The position numbers and the translations under genes are program-made. Below the pieces are notes generated by a model. That model searched no databases. It was not told where the DNA came from and was given only the letters and a program-made list of their open reading frames with translations. DNA of 60,705 nt, counting the filler. It is 3 parts of 3 records of this genome, joined end to end, with 100 filler letters (N's around TTAATTAATTAA, not from the genome) between each part and the next. Parts side by side here need not be neighbours in the genome. Positions count along the whole stretch, not along the records: positions 54,564 to 60,705 come from SRR31156797_13966; 2 more parts are not named here. The stretch is one strand, 5' to 3'. Shown one piece after another: positions 57,470 to 60,705 of this stretch (the first letter of the stretch is position 1; the number at the start of each line of letters is the position of its first letter).

Positions 57470-58150
57470 ATGAAGTACTATTTTGTAGTAGCAGCAGCAG
57501 GTGTCGGGAAAAGAATGGGACTTGGTTATCCCAAACAATTTCTGGAACATGAAGGTAAACCTATCTTTATTAAGACACTGGAAACTATTCAAAACTCAAA
57601 ACTGGTAACTGATATTATAGTAGTTACAAATAAAGATAGTGTAGAAAAAGTTAAAGAATTTTGTCTAAAATTTAATATAACTAAGCTTAATTGTGTAGTC
57701 GCAGGTGGTAAAGAAAGGCAAGACTCGGTATATAACGCACTTAAGCAGATAGATGATTATGATTCAATAACAGCAGTTCAGGACGGGGTCAGACCGTTTA
57801 TAAAAGATAAATATATTGAAGATGCTTATAATGAACTGACTGATGGTAGAAATAATGATATAAGCGGAGTGGTAATTGGAGTTAGTGTAAAAGATACTAT
57901 TAAGATTGTAGATGAAGACGGTATCATAAAGAGCACTCCTGCACGAAGCACACTTGTGGCAGCACATACTCCACAGGTGTTTAAAACAAAAGATTTATTA
58001 GCTGCATATAAGGATGCAGAGCAGGAAAAATTTTTAGGAACAGACGATTCATCTTTACTTGAGAAATCAGGAAAAAAAGTTAAGGTGATTAAAGGCGAGT
58101 ATGATAATGTAAAAATTACTACTCCGGAGGATTTAATCTACTTGAACTAA
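57470..58150 (+). CDS. ispD: 2-C-methyl-D-erythritol 4-phosphate cytidylyltransferase
   Basis: AAAGVGKRMG...PKQFL, GGKERQDSV, DGVRPF, TPQVF, TDD, NVKITTPEDL; alternative GTG start at 57458. Confidence 0.93.
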   Translation: MKYYFVVAAAGVGKRMGLGYPKQFLEHEGKPIFIKTLETIQNSKLVTDIIVVTNKDSVEKVKEFCLKFNITKLNCVVAGGKERQDSVYNALKQIDDYDSITAVQDGVRPFIKDKYIEDAYNELTDGRNNDISGVVIGVSVKDTIKIVDEDGIIKSTPARSTLVAAHTPQVFKTKDLLAAYKDAEQEKFLGTDDSSLLEKSGKKVKVIKGEYDNVKITTPEDLIYLN

Positions 58151-58205
58151 TTAGTTGTAATTCCCTTTGACTTGGTTCAATTGGTTATTGCAGATAGGGG
58201 GAAAG

Positions 58206-59810
58206 ATGAGAGTAGGAATATACGATACAACTTTGCGTGACGGAACGCAAATGCTGGGAATTAATTTTTCTGTAGAAGATAAAATAAGAATAGCTAAAAA
58301 ACTTGATAGTCTTGGAGTTGATTATATAGAAGGTGGTTGGCCTAGTTCGAATCCAAAGGATATGGAGTTTTTTAAAAAAATAAAAGAGATAGGGCTTGAA
58401 AACTCTAAAATAGCAACTTTTGGTAGCACTAGATATTACAAGAATAGTTGTGAAGAGGATAAAAACCTTAACGCAATAGTTGAGGTCTGTCCGGATGCTG
58501 CAAGTATATTTGGTAAGGCATGGGATATCCATGTACACGAGAGTTTAGGAATTACTCTCGAAGAAAACTTAGTGCTTGTAGAAGAATCAGTTGAATATTT
58601 AAAAAGAAGTATAGATGAAGTATTTTTTATTGCAGAACATTTTTTTGACGGATATAAAAAAAATCCTGATTATGCAATACAAGTACTTGAAGCAGCAGGT
58701 AAAGCCGGTGCAGATATGCTTATTCTAGCTGATACAAATGGCGGAGCTAATTATTTTGAGATTTCATCAATGATGAATGAAGTAAAAAACAGATTTGATA
58801 TACCTCTTGGAATTCATTGTCATAATGATACCGGAATGGCTACTGCTAACACAATCGAAGCTGTTAGACAGGGAGCAGTTCAGGTTCAGGGAACGATGAA
58901 CGGTTATGGAGAAAGATGTGGTAATGCTAATCTTTGTGAGATCATACCGAATCTCGAATTAAAAATGGGATATGAAATTTTAGAAGATAAGCTGAATAAA
59001 CTAACATTAGTATCTAGGTTTATTAGTGAGATAGCTAATAAGCATCCTGCAGCTGATATGCCTTATGTCGGGACAAGTGCTTTTGCACATAAAGGTGGTA
59101 TTCATGTCAGTGCAGTAATGAAACTGCCTGAAACTTATGAACATATAGTACCTGAATTAGTTGGGAATAAGAGACGAGTATCAATTTCAGATTTATCCGG
59201 TAAGAGTAATGTTTTATATAAAATAAAAGAGTTTGGTTTACCAATTGAAATCGATAAAGATAAAGTTGGAGATATAATCAAAAAAGTAAAAAAACAAGTT
59301 AATAAAGGATACGAGTATGAAGGAGCTGAAGCTTCATTTGAGCTTCTTATTCAGAAAACACTTGATAGTAAGTTTAAGTTTCTTGATCCTTTAAGTTTTA
59401 GAGTTATAAGTGAGGATTATGCCGGAGGAGAAAGCATAGCCGAAGCAACAGTTAAATTAAAAGTTAAAGATGAGATATTTTATACAGTTGGAGAAGGAAA
59501 CGGACCGGTTAACGCTCTTAATGTTGCAATTAAAAAAGCGCTAGTTCATGTTTATCCGGAGATAAATCATATCTCACTAGAAGATTATAAAGTTAGAATT
59601 CTTAACAGTGAAGCAACAAGATCACTTGTACGAGTATTAATTGAAGGAAGAGATGATATTAATGGAATTCAATGCGGAACAGTTGGAGTGTCAACAAATG
59701 TAATTAAGGCAAGTTGGGAAGCACTTCTGGATATGTATGAGTATTATATCTATAAGAGTACTGAAAGATGTCTAATGTTAGAAAATAAAGAGCTAGAACA
59801 AAACAAGTAA
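58206..59810 (+). CDS. cimA: Citramalate synthase (LeuA/CimA family)
   Basis: YDTTLRDGTQ, EGGWPSSNPKD, AEHFFDG, DTNGG, HCHND, GYGERCGNANL, AFAHKGGIH, GNGPVNAL. Confidence 0.9.
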   Translation: MRVGIYDTTLRDGTQMLGINFSVEDKIRIAKKLDSLGVDYIEGGWPSSNPKDMEFFKKIKEIGLENSKIATFGSTRYYKNSCEEDKNLNAIVEVCPDAASIFGKAWDIHVHESLGITLEENLVLVEESVEYLKRSIDEVFFIAEHFFDGYKKNPDYAIQVLEAAGKAGADMLILADTNGGANYFEISSMMNEVKNRFDIPLGIHCHNDTGMATANTIEAVRQGAVQVQGTMNGYGERCGNANLCEIIPNLELKMGYEILEDKLNKLTLVSRFISEIANKHPAADMPYVGTSAFAHKGGIHVSAVMKLPETYEHIVPELVGNKRRVSISDLSGKSNVLYKIKEFGLPIEIDKDKVGDIIKKVKKQVNKGYEYEGAEASFELLIQKTLDSKFKFLDPLSFRVISEDYAGGESIAEATVKLKVKDEIFYTVGEGNGPVNALNVAIKKALVHVYPEINHISLEDYKVRILNSEATRSLVRVLIEGRDDINGIQCGTVGVSTNVIKASWEALLDMYEYYIYKSTERCLMLENKELEQNK

Positions 59811-59889
59811 AATAAGTAAAGAGATATGAATTAATTGGAAAATAAAGTAAAAACTTTTGAGCAATTAATTTTAGAAGAGGAGTAAAAAT

Positions 59890-60705
59890 ATGAAAATCAG
59901 AGTAGCACTTGCTCAAATTAAGCCTTATTTAGGTGATGTAGAGAAAAACCTTGAAATAATCAAGGAAAATATAGAGAGAGCTATTTCAGAAGAAGCAGAT
60001 CTTATAGTTTTTCCTGAACTTGCACTTACAGGATACTTTTTAAAAGATATGGTAGCTGTAGTTGCAAAATGGGTAGACCAAGGAGAGATTCCTGAGGAAC
60101 TGCTTGAGTATAGTAAAAAAATAAGCATAATTTTTGGTGGAGTAGAAGAAACAAAAGATCATAATTTCTATAACTCAGTGTTCTACTTAGAAGATGGAAA
60201 ATTAATTCATACTCATAGAAAAGTATATTTACCAACATACGGAATGTTTGATGAATACAGATATTTTTCTAGAGGGAATAAAGTAAGAGCTTTTGATACA
60301 AAATTTGGAAGATTTGGAATGTTAATATGTGAGGATGCATGGCATGCTTCATCGATGTATATTCTTAATCAAGACGGAGCAGATTATATATTCGTAATGG
60401 CAAATAGTCCAACAAGAGGTTTAACGGAAGAGAAGCCGTCTAATATGAAAACTTGGGAGAATATGAATAGAACATATGCAGATATTTATAATTCGTATGT
60501 TGTATTTTCTCATAGAGTTGGTTATGAAGATGGTGTAAACTTTGTAGGAGGGTCAGAAGTAATAGATCCGTTTGGTAATGAAGAGGGAAAACTTTCTTAT
60601 TTTGAACCTGATTTCAAGATAGTTGAGCTTGAAAAGCAAAAAGTAAGAAGAGCTAGAATTTATACACCAACTCAAAAAGATGAAGATATTCATATGACAA
60701 TTAGA
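59890..60705 (+). CDS. Nitrilase/carbon-nitrogen hydrolase family protein, 3'-truncated (absent from the ORF track)
   Basis: Manual translation: MKIRVALAQIKPYLGDVEKN...VFPELALTGY...HRKVYLPTYGMFDEYRYF...ICEDAWH; E-K-C triad; SD GAGGAG; no stop before the window end. Confidence 0.9.
   Translation, partial: MKIRVALAQIKPYLGDVEKNLEIIKENIERAISEEADLIVFPELALTGYFLKDMVAVVAKWVDQGEIPEELLEYSKKISIIFGGVEETKDHNFYNSVFYLEDGKLIHTHRKVYLPTYGMFDEYRYFSRGNKVRAFDTKFGRFGMLICEDAWHASSMYILNQDGADYIFVMANSPTRGLTEEKPSNMKTWENMNRTYADIYNSYVVFSHRVGYEDGVNFVGGSEVIDPFGNEEGKLSYFEPDFKIVELEKQKVRRARIYTPTQKDEDIHMTIR

Noticed and set aside
1..60705. CRISPR array, IS/transposase, integrase, prophage, retron or DGR
   Set aside because: No regularly spaced repeats and no recognisable recombinase, reverse transcriptase, Cas or phage protein motifs seen

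Overview
This window is not one locus. It is three unrelated contigs joined by artificial 100-nt spacers (44 N + TTAATTAATTAA + 44 N, at 30165-30264 and 54464-54563). (1) 1-30164 is Bacteroidota (TAnnTTTG promoters, T9SS C-terminal domains). It has a 5'-truncated tRNA-Lys, then housekeeping genes (pepD, DUF502, surE, lpxB, FadL-like porin + SGNH lipoprotein, rdgB, ddl, PASTA protein, T9SS protein, RluA/RluD). An accessory-looking stretch follows: a 1493-aa T9SS protein with a TPR-LuxR membrane regulator, a GH2, a DUF3500 lipoprotein, an attC-like palindrome, a propeller pseudogene, a BNR T9SS protein and a LytS/LytTR pair. (2) 30265-54463 is GC-rich and probably a spirochaete. It is a carbohydrate-sensing region: a sensor kinase, an orphan binding protein, an atypical OYE-family flavoenzyme with a WrbA-like partner, a lower-GC YesMN/ABC/GH31 block, and an XylFII-LytS-YesN-like sensor with xylFGH-like ABC genes ending in an MtaA/URO-D-family gene. 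An Fe-S flavoprotein and an IclR regulator close the contig. (3) 54564-60705 is AT-rich (Fusobacteriota- or Firmicutes-like): a long FtsA-like ATPase with repeated beta-grasp-like C-terminal units, PIN/TRAM, ispD, cimA and a 3'-truncated nitrilase-family gene. I found no CRISPR array, rRNA, transposase or integrase. The best candidates for undescribed biology are the xylose-type multi-component sensor/ABC operon coupled to a Zn-motif methyltransferase, the OYE with a substituted active site and structured leader, the attC-like cassette remnants, and the FtsA-like repeat protein. All family calls are from motif recognition only, with no database search.
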